From Nitrospiraceae bacterium (GTDB lineage: Bacteria; Nitrospirota; Nitrospiria; Nitrospirales; Nitrospiraceae), in the NCBI GenBank assembly GCA_037442105.1, contig JBBIQV010000030.1, positions 1 to 40,505 on the forward strand: a DNA stretch of 40,505 bases. The letters run 5' to 3'. The translations under genes were made by a program, and so were the position numbers. The notes beneath the pieces were generated by a model that worked only from the letters and a program-made list of their open reading frames with translations, searched no databases and was not told the origin of the DNA. Of the stretch, positions 30,726 to 39,073 are shown one piece after another; position 1 is the stretch's first letter; each line of letters opens with the position of its first letter.

Positions 30726-31445
30726 CTACTGGAGAGAACCGGCAATCTTGTTCAGTCGTTCCGGTTTCAGCAGCGTAATCTCGCTTCCGTTCGTATTCAC
30801 CAAACGTTCGCGTCTGAACCGGCTCAGAAGCCTGATGACGGTTTCCGGGGCAGCCCCGATCAGTTCCGCCAGTTCCTCGCGCGTTAACCGGATGTCGAGC
30901 GTGATACCGTCTGAACCGCGGTGGCCGAAGCGTTGTCCAAGACTAAGCAGGAGGGCAGCCAGACGTTCCATCGTCTTGCAGAAGGGAGCGCGCTCGCCGT
31001 TCATCGTGGCGAACAACACCCGCCCACTCACGAGCTGAAGAAGTTCAATCGCCAGTGCCGGGTTCTTCTGCAGCAGTTCCAAATACCCCCGCCGATCGAT
31101 CAGGCAAATACGCGAGGGTTCGAGCGTCTCGCAAGTCACCTCATGCGCAACGCTCTCGCAGAAGCCGTTGCACTCGATCAGCTCACCAGGCCCCACAATG
31201 CCGACGATGCGCCGATGTCCTCGAGACGAAGACGCAGTGAGCTTGGCCTTGCCGGCGCACAAGACGTAAATCCCCAGGCACGGATGTCCCTCATAGAAGA
31301 CGACTTGGTGCGGCTGGTAGGTAAACCGGTGCAGGAATCGCTGGAACGTCGTGGCATCTGCCTCTGCCGCGCGGCAGACCAGACTCTGTGCGCGGACGGG
31401 ACACGTCTGGCACGTGTTCGAGCTTATTCCCGCTCGTCCACCCAT
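30726..31445 (-). CDS. Crp/Fnr-family transcriptional regulator with an N-terminal Cys cluster
   Basis: CQTCPVRAQSLVC N-terminus, cNMP-like beta-roll (VFYEG...GPGELI), HTH LTREELAELIGAAPETVIRLLSRF; RBS GGAGGAG before the ATG at 31445. Confidence 0.92.
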   Translation of the reverse strand: MGGRAGISSNTCQTCPVRAQSLVCRAAEADATTFQRFLHRFTYQPHQVVFYEGHPCLGIYVLCAGKAKLTASSSRGHRRIVGIVGPGELIECNGFCESVAHEVTCETLEPSRICLIDRRGYLELLQKNPALAIELLQLVSGRVLFATMNGERAPFCKTMERLAALLLSLGQRFGHRGSDGITLDIRLTREELAELIGAAPETVIRLLSRFRRERLVNTNGSEITLLKPERLNKIAGSLQ

Positions 31446-31709
31446 CAGTGTTTTCTCCTCCGCGACAGGAGGTCCCAGCAATAAGGAAGCGTCCCTGAGG
31501 ACGTGTGCCAGGATCGCCTACTCACTTCACGGCCCGTTATCGTAGGGGAAGGGGAACAAGGGAGTCAAGCAGACCCCTCCCGGGCGGTTTTCCCCAAAGA
31601 GAACAAGGCATTGTTCTCTACAGTCGGCGGGTACTCCTTCCGATAAAGGCAGCAAAGGTTCGGGATGAACCCGGCCATACACCTATTTGAATGTGAAGGA
31701 GGGTGCTCC

Positions 31710-32531
31710 ATGCCGACCGACTGCTTGTCCACACTCACCAACCGCGACATCGAGATCGCCAAGGCGATTCCGCTCTACCACACGCCGGGTCACCAGGTCT
31801 ATTGGATCGGAACCGTCACCGGCGGGGAGGAGATCGAGTGCAACGCCTACCTCCTGGTAGACGAGGGTGAGGGCTACTTGCTGGAGCCGGGTGGGTTCGA
31901 TCGTTTCACCCCGATCCAGGAGAAAGTCGACTCGGTGTTCTCTGCCCGGTCTATCACCCACCTCCTCTTCAGCCACCAGGATCCGGACGTGTGCGGCGCG
32001 GCCGCCGGCTGGCTGGAGTTCAACCCGCAGCTCAACGTGGTCTGTCCGTCGCTCTGGCAACGGTTCATGCCACACTACATGGTGTACAACGCCACGTACA
32101 AGACCATGAAGGACGACGGGCTGACTCTGCCGTTGAAAAGCGGAGGATCGCTCAAATGCCTCTCGGCTCCATACCTGCACTCCCCGGGGAACATGGTGGT
32201 CTTCGATCCCATCAGCGGCTTCCTATTCTCCGGCGATATCGGGGCAGCCGTGTACGCGGACGGCAAACCGCGATTGGTGATTGATGACTGGAATGAGCAG
32301 ATCAAGGCCATGCAGGGCTTTCATCAGCGCTATATGAGCTCTAATCGGGCCGTCTCAGCCTTCATCCGCAGCGTCGCGGGTCTTCCGATCAAGGCCATCG
32401 TTCCGCAGCATGGAGTGATCTATCGGGGCGACGAGGTGCAGAAGTTTTTCCAGTGGCTGGGGGCGCTGCCGTGCGGTGTGGACTATCTCTTCCCAGCCAG
32501 TAGCGGACAGCAAACAGCCAATGGCAGATGA
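31710..32531 (+). CDS. Diiron metallo-beta-lactamase-fold protein (ODP / FprA N-terminal domain-like), no flavodoxin domain
   Basis: CNAYL, EPGG, SHQDPDV, LHSPGN, FSGDIG, FHQRYM and PQHG motifs; RBS AGGAGGG. Confidence 0.85.
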   Translation: MPTDCLSTLTNRDIEIAKAIPLYHTPGHQVYWIGTVTGGEEIECNAYLLVDEGEGYLLEPGGFDRFTPIQEKVDSVFSARSITHLLFSHQDPDVCGAAAGWLEFNPQLNVVCPSLWQRFMPHYMVYNATYKTMKDDGLTLPLKSGGSLKCLSAPYLHSPGNMVVFDPISGFLFSGDIGAAVYADGKPRLVIDDWNEQIKAMQGFHQRYMSSNRAVSAFIRSVAGLPIKAIVPQHGVIYRGDEVQKFFQWLGALPCGVDYLFPASSGQQTANGR

Positions 32532-32561
32532 CTCTGAGCTCTTAGCTACTCGCTGTTCGCT
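32495..32561. repeat. Heptamer inverted repeat at the junction of the diiron MBL gene and the small ORF
   Basis: CAGCCAG TAGCGGA CAGCAAA CAGCCAA TGGCAGA vs GCTCTTA GCTACTC GCTGTTC GCT. Confidence 0.8.
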
Positions 32562-32582
32562 TACACAGACCGAGGAGAAGAC

Positions 32583-32840
32583 ATGCTGACATACAGCGAT
32601 GCAGTCAAAGAACATGCCCGCAACGCGGTTAAGATTTACAAAGAGAAGTGGGCGGAAATCGAACGGCTCGCTGGATTCAAGATTCTGCCGGACGGCTCGA
32701 ACACAGCCTCTACTTCGGAGGATGTACAGCGTTACGTCAAGGCAATCCAGTCAGTAGGAGGGTTTGTGGGATATACGAGCGCCAAGATGCAGGTCACGAA
32801 TGCCATCCTGAAGATGGGCCTGGCGCCGGTACCCCTCTGA
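32583..32840 (+). CDS. Hypothetical protein (85 aa)
   Basis: RBS GAGGAG, normal protein-like composition, follows the MBL gene on the same strand. Confidence 0.7.
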   Translation: MLTYSDAVKEHARNAVKIYKEKWAEIERLAGFKILPDGSNTASTSEDVQRYVKAIQSVGGFVGYTSAKMQVTNAILKMGLAPVPL

Positions 32841-33003
32841 TTTCGGAACGCTCAGGAAGACGCCGGTCAGCTTATGCAGTTGCCAAAGAACGTGGCCGGC
32901 AGAACGTGGTCGATCGCTGGGACAATCGTGCCTCTTGACGTCAGGTCGGCCGTAAGGCAGCATCTTCCCAAGCATCGAGTGAAACGATCGAGGAAGAGGC
33001 GTT

Positions 33004-33528
33004 ATGGCCACAGCATCGGTGATGCTTCCGCTCGGAACAGCCGCTCCCCCATTTTCATTGCGAGACGTCGTGGGCGGCCAGATGTACTCCCTCAACTCGT
33101 TTGCCGGACAGTCTGCGTTGCTCGTCATGTTCCTCTGCCGGCATTGTCCCTATGTGCAGCACATCCAGCACGAGATCGCCAAGCTGGGACAGGACTACGC
33201 GGACACAGGACTGGGAATCATCGGCATCAGCAGCAACGATCCGGCGCAGTATCCCGATGACGCGCCCGGACGGCTCAAGGAAATGGCCCAAGGCCTCAAC
33301 TGGCGTTTTCCATTTTGTTTCGACGAGAGCCAAGAGATCGCGAAAGCTTACCAAGCCGCTTGCACACCGGACTTCTATCTGTTTGACGCCCAGCGGCGAT
33401 TGGTCTATCGAGGGCAGCTTGACGACAGTCGCCCGAGCAACAACAAGCCGGTCACCGGCACCCAAAACCCCAGCATCGGCTGCAGCATCAAGTGGAAGCC
33501 AGGCAACGCCCCTCCGCATGTCCGGTAG
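33004..33528 (+). CDS. Thioredoxin-like (AhpC/TSA-type) protein, apparently with a C-terminal internal deletion
   Basis: APPFSL, CRHCPYV, SSND, AACTPDFYLFD, YRGQLDDSRP and PSIGCSIKWK motifs. Confidence 0.88.
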   Translation: MATASVMLPLGTAAPPFSLRDVVGGQMYSLNSFAGQSALLVMFLCRHCPYVQHIQHEIAKLGQDYADTGLGIIGISSNDPAQYPDDAPGRLKEMAQGLNWRFPFCFDESQEIAKAYQAACTPDFYLFDAQRRLVYRGQLDDSRPSNNKPVTGTQNPSIGCSIKWKPGNAPPHVR

Positions 33529-33594
33529 GAAACTGGTGTGTGATTGCAAAACCCCGCTTTACGATGCCGTCAGCATCCTCAACCAACTCGCGTG

Positions 33595-33897
33595 CTACGT
33601 TCTGTCTTTGAGCCGATGCCGGATCATCTCCCAGATGGACCGTAGCCCCAAACGGTCGGCCCATTCCACAATGTAGGCCTCGTCAATCTCCTCACCGCTG
33701 ACCTTCAGCATCCCCGTGATGTCCCGAAGATGCTTGTCCGATTCTCCCTCCCGGTCATACTCCATTTTTTTGATAATGGCATCCTCCGCCGATGCAAATG
33801 CGGCAGTGTAAGATTCGGTTGGGCGGGGTGAATGTGCCCGTGCAAATCGACCGCGATCGCAGGGGGTGTCTTTCCGCACCATCACTTCAATCCGTCG
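33595..33897 (-). pseudogene. C-terminal remnant of a nucleotidyltransferase-like (toxin-antitoxin associated) protein
   Basis: ASAEDAIIKKMEY...SDKHLRDITGML...IDEAYIVEWADRLGL resembles NTase C-termini; upstream in-frame sequence is not protein-like and lacks the N-terminal GS..DxD half. Confidence 0.6.
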
Positions 33898-34118
33898 CCA
33901 ATCCAGATTCATGCGATCAAGTCCTCCGGAAAGCCATTGAGCTAACCATCGGTTGAGAGGCATTCTACACGGGTGGCGTGGATGAAGGAATAGTGGCCAC
34001 AGAGGAACTATGGGAAGGTCGGGCAGAGTTAACCGCGGGGGCGCTACCATCGACCGAGGACACGTAGGGCATGGACCTCGCATTTCACTCCTCGCCCGCT
34101 CTTTCGACAATGTATGAT

Positions 34119-34151
34119 TGCAAGACCTGACCCCCTTATCTATGACCCCCC
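34119..34151. repeat. REP-like half element TGCAAGACCTGACCCC with a partial TGACCCCC duplicate
   Basis: Shares the TGACCCC end with the palindromes inserted in hdrB. Confidence 0.5.
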
Positions 34152-34197
34152 TATCTAATTCCGCCGTTATTCAAACCAAGATTCCCTGGACCGAGCC

Positions 34198-34241
34198 TTG
34201 ACAGATGCCCGTTCTCCTATGTAATTACACCGTAGCCACAC
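34198..34241 (+). promoter_or_regulatory. mazEF promoter/operator
   Basis: TTGACA (34198-34203), then palindrome TGTAATTACA (34220-34229) and a degenerate copy CGTAGCCACA. Confidence 0.55.
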
Positions 34242-34262
34242 GGTGTTGAAAGGCGCTCGGCC

Positions 34263-34517
34263 ATGAAAACGTAGGTCGTCCGCATCGGCAACTCGCAGGG
34301 TATCCGCATTCCGAAGTCGCTGCTTCATCAATGCCATCTCGACGGTCCCGTGGAAGTCGATGTCCAAGGAAACCAGTTGGTGGTGCGTTCGGTGTCACGC
34401 CCGCGCAGCGGGTGGGATGAGGCCTTTCGCACCATGCACCAGGCCGACGTCGATCGCCTGCTCGACCGTGAGAGTTCGTCTCCCTCCCTATGGGATCGCG
34501 AAGAATGGCGGTGGTAG
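34263..34517 (+). pseudogene. mazE: MazE/AbrB-family antitoxin with an in-frame TAG at codon 4
   Basis: Reads MKT*VVRIGNSQGIRIPKSLL...RPRSGWDEAF...WDREEWRW*; the stop is at 34272-34274. Absent from the ORF track. Confidence 0.88.
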
Positions 34518-34834
34518 TTCGCCGCTTCGAGGTCCATCTCGTTCGCCTCGATCCCACGCAAGGCCGCGAAATCAGAAAGACCCGCCCCTGTCTGATCATC
34601 TCGCCCGATGAAATGAACCGTCATATCGACACGGTGATCGTCGCTCCCATGACGACGAAGGGTCATCCCTATCCCACCCGCGTGCCCGTTCGTTTTCACC
34701 GCAAGACGGGACAGATTGTGCTCGATCAAATCCGCGCCGTTGACAAGGCCCGCCCGGTCAAACGTCTGGGCACCGTTGACCATGGCACGGCTGAGCGTGT
34801 ACTGGCGCTCCTGGCAGAACTGTTTGCTCCCTAA
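34505..34834 (+). CDS. mazF: MazF/PemK-family endoribonuclease toxin
   Basis: LDPTQGREIRKTRPCLIISPDEMN, VIVAPMTT and DQIRAVDK motifs; overlaps the antitoxin 3' end. Confidence 0.93.
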   Translation: MAVVVRRFEVHLVRLDPTQGREIRKTRPCLIISPDEMNRHIDTVIVAPMTTKGHPYPTRVPVRFHRKTGQIVLDQIRAVDKARPVKRLGTVDHGTAERVLALLAELFAP

Positions 34835-34956
34835 TCCATTTCGTTGCATTCACCGTCTCTTATTCCGGCTTCCATCGCTCCTCACATCCAACAGTCCACA
34901 CGGCACGTCGAAGTAGTACTTGTTCGCGGCGCTTCAACCATCTGGGGCGACAATGA

Positions 34957-34985
34957 TTGACATCTGCATGGTCTATGCACACGAT
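34957..34985 (+). promoter_or_regulatory. vapBC promoter with operator palindrome
   Basis: TTGACA-N17-CACGAT with TGCAT-N5-ATGCA (34965-34979) in the spacer. Confidence 0.5.
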
Positions 34986-35010
34986 TCAGGCAGATTGAGC
35001 GAGGGCCATT

Positions 35011-35250
35011 ATGCGGACGACCTTGGATCTCAACGAGAAACTCATTCGAGAGCTCATGGATGTCACATCCGCCAAGACCAAGACGGAAGCCATCCACCAG
35101 GCAGCGGCGGAATTGATTCGCAGGAAGAAAATGGATCGACTCAAGTCGTTGAGCGGCAAACTGCATCTCAACCTGGACTGGAACGCACTCGAACAGGCCG
35201 AGATCCGCCATCAAGCCTCCTTGAAACGCCGCCGGCATGGTCATCGCTGA
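35011..35250 (+). CDS. vapB: VapB-type antitoxin (DUF2191-like)
   Basis: MRTTLDLNEKLIRELM...KTKTEAIHQA; overlaps the start of a PIN-domain fragment. Confidence 0.85.
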   Translation: MRTTLDLNEKLIRELMDVTSAKTKTEAIHQAAAELIRRKKMDRLKSLSGKLHLNLDWNALEQAEIRHQASLKRRRHGHR

Positions 35251-35293
35251 CACCTCTGTCTGGATTCCCTTCTTTAACCTGCATAATTCATGA
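35237..35293 (+). pseudogene. vapC: Truncated VapC/PIN toxin (18 aa)
   Basis: MVIADTSVWIPFFN is a typical PIN N-terminus, followed by LHNS and a stop. Confidence 0.8.
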
Positions 35294-35439
35294 GCGCTTC
35301 TGCTGCAATCGCGGATTCGCCGCTGAGACGAGCCCTTCGGCGGGCGTACTCGCCGCTCAGTCGGTCAACATACTGTTTCAAGTATGCCTTCCTCCTTCGC
35401 GGCTGCGCTTGCCCGTCGATGACACCGATCTACTTAGGT
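35277..35439. mobile_element. Possible MITE-like palindromic element truncating vapC
   Basis: Short imperfect termini ACCTGCATA / TACTTAGGT; internal long hairpin (TCGGCGGGC...GCCCGTCGA, 35337-35419) capped by CATACT-N6-AGTATG; begins where vapC similarity ends. Confidence 0.45.
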
Positions 35440-35517
35440 ATTAGAATGGTTGAAGAAAGGGGATCGCCGCACGTTCTGCTAGCACGAGGGGAAGCCTAAT
35501 CGCTCTCGCTCCTTTCA

Positions 35518-35547
35518 TTGACTTCCCCTCCGAGCCCCGACTAGAAT
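35518..35547 (+). promoter_or_regulatory. Putative sigma70 promoter of dnaE-accA
   Basis: TTGACT-N18-TAGAAT, ending 19 nt before the dnaE ATG. Confidence 0.6.
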
Positions 35548-35566
35548 CCGTCACGAGTTTTTCTCC

Positions 35567-38500
35567 ATGGCTTCCCAATTCGTTCACCTCCATCTCCACA
35601 CCCAGTTCAGCCTTCTCGACGGCGCGAATCAGATCGAGCCGCTCGTGCAGCAGATCAAAGCGTTCGGCCAGCCGGCCGTGGCGATGACCGATCACGGGAA
35701 CATGTTCGGGGCGATCGAGTTCTATCGCAAGGCGAAAGATGCGGGGGTAAAGCCCATCATCGGCTGCGAAGCCTATATGGCACCGGGGAGCCGCTTCGCG
35801 AAAGACAGTGCGCTTGCCCACAACGACTACTACCATCTGATCCTGTTGGCCAGGAATCTGGTCGGCTACCAGAACCTGATCAAACTCGTGAGCAAAGCAT
35901 ATCTTGAAGGGTTCTACTATAAGCCACGGATAGACAAGGATATTTTAAGGCAGCATCACGATGGATTGATCGCTCTTTCAGGTTGCTTGAGCGGCGAGAT
36001 TCCCTACCTGATCGGCCAGAAAGATATGGATGGAGCCATGCGGGTGGCCGGGGAATTTCAGGAAATCTTCGGGAAGGATCATTTCTACCTTGAAGTGCAA
36101 GCAAACGGACTCGATCACCAGAGAGTGGCCAACGCCGGCCTGATCGAGATTCATAAACAGCTCGGCATTCCTCTCGCCGGCACCAACGATTGCCATTACC
36201 TCAAGAAGGAGGATTCCCGCCCGCACGATTTGATGTTGTGTCTCCAGACCGGCAAAACGATCAACGAACCGAATCGGATGAAATTCGACACGGATCAACT
36301 CTACGTCAAGACCACGGAGGAAATGGCGACCGCGTTTACGGAGTTCCCTGACGCCGTGATGAATACCTGCCGGATCGCGGATGACTGCGATTTGCAACTG
36401 GCGCTGAACAAAACCTATCTTCCCCAATACAAAGTCCCTGAGGGTTATACGCGTGAAACCTATCTCGAACACCTCGCTCTGGAAGGCCTGGCAGCCCGTT
36501 TGAAGGAGCGACCCCGTCAAACCCCGTTGACCGCCTATCAACTCCGCTTGCGCGAAGAGCTGACGATTATCTGCTCGATGGGCTTTGCCGGTTACTTCTT
36601 GATCGTGTGGGACATCATCAAGTTCGCGCGCTCGCGCAACATCCCTGTCGGTCCCGGACGCGGCTCAGCAGCCGGCAGCCTCGTGGCCTATGCATTGCGC
36701 ATCACCGACCTCGACCCGTTGGTGTACAACCTGCTCTTCGAGCGCTTTTTGAATCCGGAGCGCGTCTCCCTTCCCGATATCGACATGGATTTCTGCATGG
36801 ACCGCCGAGGCGAGGTGATCAACTACGTGATCGAGAAATACGGCGCAGACCACGTGGCGCAGATCATCACGTTCGGCACCTTGGGCGCCAAAGCCGCCAT
36901 CCGTGATGTGGGCCGCGTGTTGGAAATTCCCTATGCCGAGGTAGACCGGGTCGCCAAACTGGTGCCGAACGACCTGAAGATGACCTTGGAAAAAGCCTTG
37001 GAGCAGGAGCCGCGTCTCCGCGAATTGGTGGAGACAGATCCGAAGGTCGGCGAGCTTATGGGCATCGCCCGGTCCCTCGAAGGCTTGGCACGCCATGCCT
37101 CGACCCACGCAGCCGGCGTGGTGATTTCTGAAGAGCCGCTGACCGACCACGTGCCCCTCTACAAAGGAGCCAACGACGAAATCGTCACCCAGTACTCGAT
37201 GGGCGATGTGGAGAAGATCGGACTGGTCAAGTTCGATTTCCTGGGCCTCAAGACCCTGACGATGATCCAGCGGGCCGTCTCGCTGGTGAATGACGCGCAT
37301 CCCGACTCCCCTCCCCTTGTAATCGATCAGATCCCGTTCGATGATCCCAAGACATTCGCACTCCTCTCGTCCGGTAAGACGACCGGCCTTTTCCAACTCG
37401 AAAGCTCCGGCATGCGCGACCTGTTGACCGGTCTCAAACCGGACCGGTTCGAGGACATCATCGCCATCATCGCCCTCTATCGTCCCGGTCCGATGGACCT
37501 CATCCCCGACTTCATCAAACGCAAACAGGGGAAGATTCCCATCACCTACGAGGTACCGGAACTCGAGCCGATCCTGAAGGGCACCTACGGTGTCATCGTC
37601 TACCAGGAGCAGGTCATGGCCATCGCCAACAAGGTGGCCGGCTTCTCCCTGGGTCAAGCCGACATCCTCCGCCGGGCGATGGGGAAGAAGAAACCGGAGG
37701 AGATGGAAAAGCTCCGGGTGCAGTTCCTGGAGGGAGCTAAGAAACACAAGATCGCGGAGAAGAAAGCGGAGAAGCTCTACGAGCTGATCCAGAAATTCGC
37801 CGGCTATGGGTTCAACAAATCCCATGCCGCGGCCTATGCCGTCGTCTGCTACCAGACCGGTTATCTCAAAGCCCACTACCCGACGGAGTTTATGGCCGCC
37901 CTGATGACGACCGACATGGGCAACGCCGACAAGATCGTCGGCTACTTCACGGAATGCCGCGAGCTCGGCATCAAGGTGCTGGAACCGGACGTGAACGACA
38001 GCCACAAGGACTTTGCGGTGGTCGACGGCGGAATTCGTTTCGGCATGGCTGCGATCAAGAACGTGGGAGAAGGCGCAGTCGAGTCGATCATTGCGATTCG
38101 CAATGAAACCGGCCGATTCCGGTCCTTCTTCGATTTCTGCCGCCGCGTCGATCTGCACAAGGTCAACAAGCGGATGCTGGAAGGCTTGGTCAAGGCCGGA
38201 GCTTTCGATTCGATGGGGGCAAAACGCTCCCAATTGATGGCGGTGCTGGATCGAGCGGTTGAAGATGGAGCCGCAGCCCAGAAAGAGCGCGAGCAAGGCC
38301 AGACGAGTATCTTCGGCGGCGACTTCATCGAGAACAGTCCGACAGCCACGCTGGCCGATCCTCCCCTGCCGGATCTCCCGGAGTGGGACCAGGGGCAGCG
38401 GCTCAAGTACGAACGCGAGCTGACCGGCTTCTACATCACCGCCCATCCGCTGGCCCGGTATGAAGCGACGATCAACGCGCTGGCGACAGCCTCGACCATC

Positions 38501-39025
38501 GGGTTGGCAGAACTTCCTGACGGGCGCGAAGTCAAACTTTGCGGCATCATCACCACCGTCAAGACAATGCTGACGAAGAAGGGTGACCGGATGGCCTACC
38601 TGACGCTGGAGGATCTGCACGGCATGGTAGAGGTGATCGCCTTCCCCGATCTCTACAAGGCGGCGACGGACTTGATCGCGCCGGAACGAGTTGTCCGCCT
38701 GACCGGTACCGTGGATCGCGGCGACAAGGGCACCAAGATCCGTGGCAGCAAGCTGGAGCCGTTGGCGGAAGTGCGAAGCCAAAACATCAAGCGCGTGACC
38801 ATCCGCCTAGGGGACGAAGCTCACGCCGCGAGCCACTTGCCTCGGCTCCGGGACGTCTTCCAACGCCATCCCGGTGCCACGACCGTGTCGCTTACGTTCC
38901 GGATGGGAATGGGCCTGGAAGCCGACTTAACTCCCCTGCCCAATGTGAAAATTTTGCCCAGCGAACATTTTGTGGCGGATGTTGAAGAAGTGCTAGGCAA
39001 GGGGGCGGTGGTTTTGGTATCCTAG
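35567..39025 (+). CDS. dnaE: DNA polymerase III alpha subunit
   Basis: PHP domain (HLHTQFSLLDG, TDHGNMFG), GPGRGSAAGS, PDIDMDF, KFDFLGL, YGFNKSHAAAY and an OB fold; 1152 aa. Confidence 0.99.
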   Translation: MASQFVHLHLHTQFSLLDGANQIEPLVQQIKAFGQPAVAMTDHGNMFGAIEFYRKAKDAGVKPIIGCEAYMAPGSRFAKDSALAHNDYYHLILLARNLVGYQNLIKLVSKAYLEGFYYKPRIDKDILRQHHDGLIALSGCLSGEIPYLIGQKDMDGAMRVAGEFQEIFGKDHFYLEVQANGLDHQRVANAGLIEIHKQLGIPLAGTNDCHYLKKEDSRPHDLMLCLQTGKTINEPNRMKFDTDQLYVKTTEEMATAFTEFPDAVMNTCRIADDCDLQLALNKTYLPQYKVPEGYTRETYLEHLALEGLAARLKERPRQTPLTAYQLRLREELTIICSMGFAGYFLIVWDIIKFARSRNIPVGPGRGSAAGSLVAYALRITDLDPLVYNLLFERFLNPERVSLPDIDMDFCMDRRGEVINYVIEKYGADHVAQIITFGTLGAKAAIRDVGRVLEIPYAEVDRVAKLVPNDLKMTLEKALEQEPRLRELVETDPKVGELMGIARSLEGLARHASTHAAGVVISEEPLTDHVPLYKGANDEIVTQYSMGDVEKIGLVKFDFLGLKTLTMIQRAVSLVNDAHPDSPPLVIDQIPFDDPKTFALLSSGKTTGLFQLESSGMRDLLTGLKPDRFEDIIAIIALYRPGPMDLIPDFIKRKQGKIPITYEVPELEPILKGTYGVIVYQEQVMAIANKVAGFSLGQADILRRAMGKKKPEEMEKLRVQFLEGAKKHKIAEKKAEKLYELIQKFAGYGFNKSHAAAYAVVCYQTGYLKAHYPTEFMAALMTTDMGNADKIVGYFTECRELGIKVLEPDVNDSHKDFAVVDGGIRFGMAAIKNVGEGAVESIIAIRNETGRFRSFFDFCRRVDLHKVNKRMLEGLVKAGAFDSMGAKRSQLMAVLDRAVEDGAAAQKEREQGQTSIFGGDFIENSPTATLADPPLPDLPEWDQGQRLKYERELTGFYITAHPLARYEATINALATASTIGLAELPDGREVKLCGIITTVKTMLTKKGDRMAYLTLEDLHGMVEVIAFPDLYKAATDLIAPERVVRLTGTVDRGDKGTKIRGSKLEPLAEVRSQNIKRVTIRLGDEAHAASHLPRLRDVFQRHPGATTVSLTFRMGMGLEADLTPLPNVKILPSEHFVADVEEVLGKGAVVLVS

Positions 39026-39073
39026 CCCCCGCGCAACTCACTACATTCGTCTTTTCCACTCCTCCGGGTCTTG

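Noticed and set aside
33900..34110. N-terminal part of the 171-aa ORF at 33595-34110
   Set aside because: Pro/Arg-rich, non-protein-like translation; only the C-terminal ~100 codons look like a gene remnant.
36665..38782. 705-aa antisense ORF (also 10825-12177 and 21074-22081)
   Set aside because: Shadow frames opposite well-supported GC-rich genes, with no recognisable motifs.
35567..39025. Intein or split dnaE
   Set aside because: Normal length with contiguous motifs and no intein signatures.
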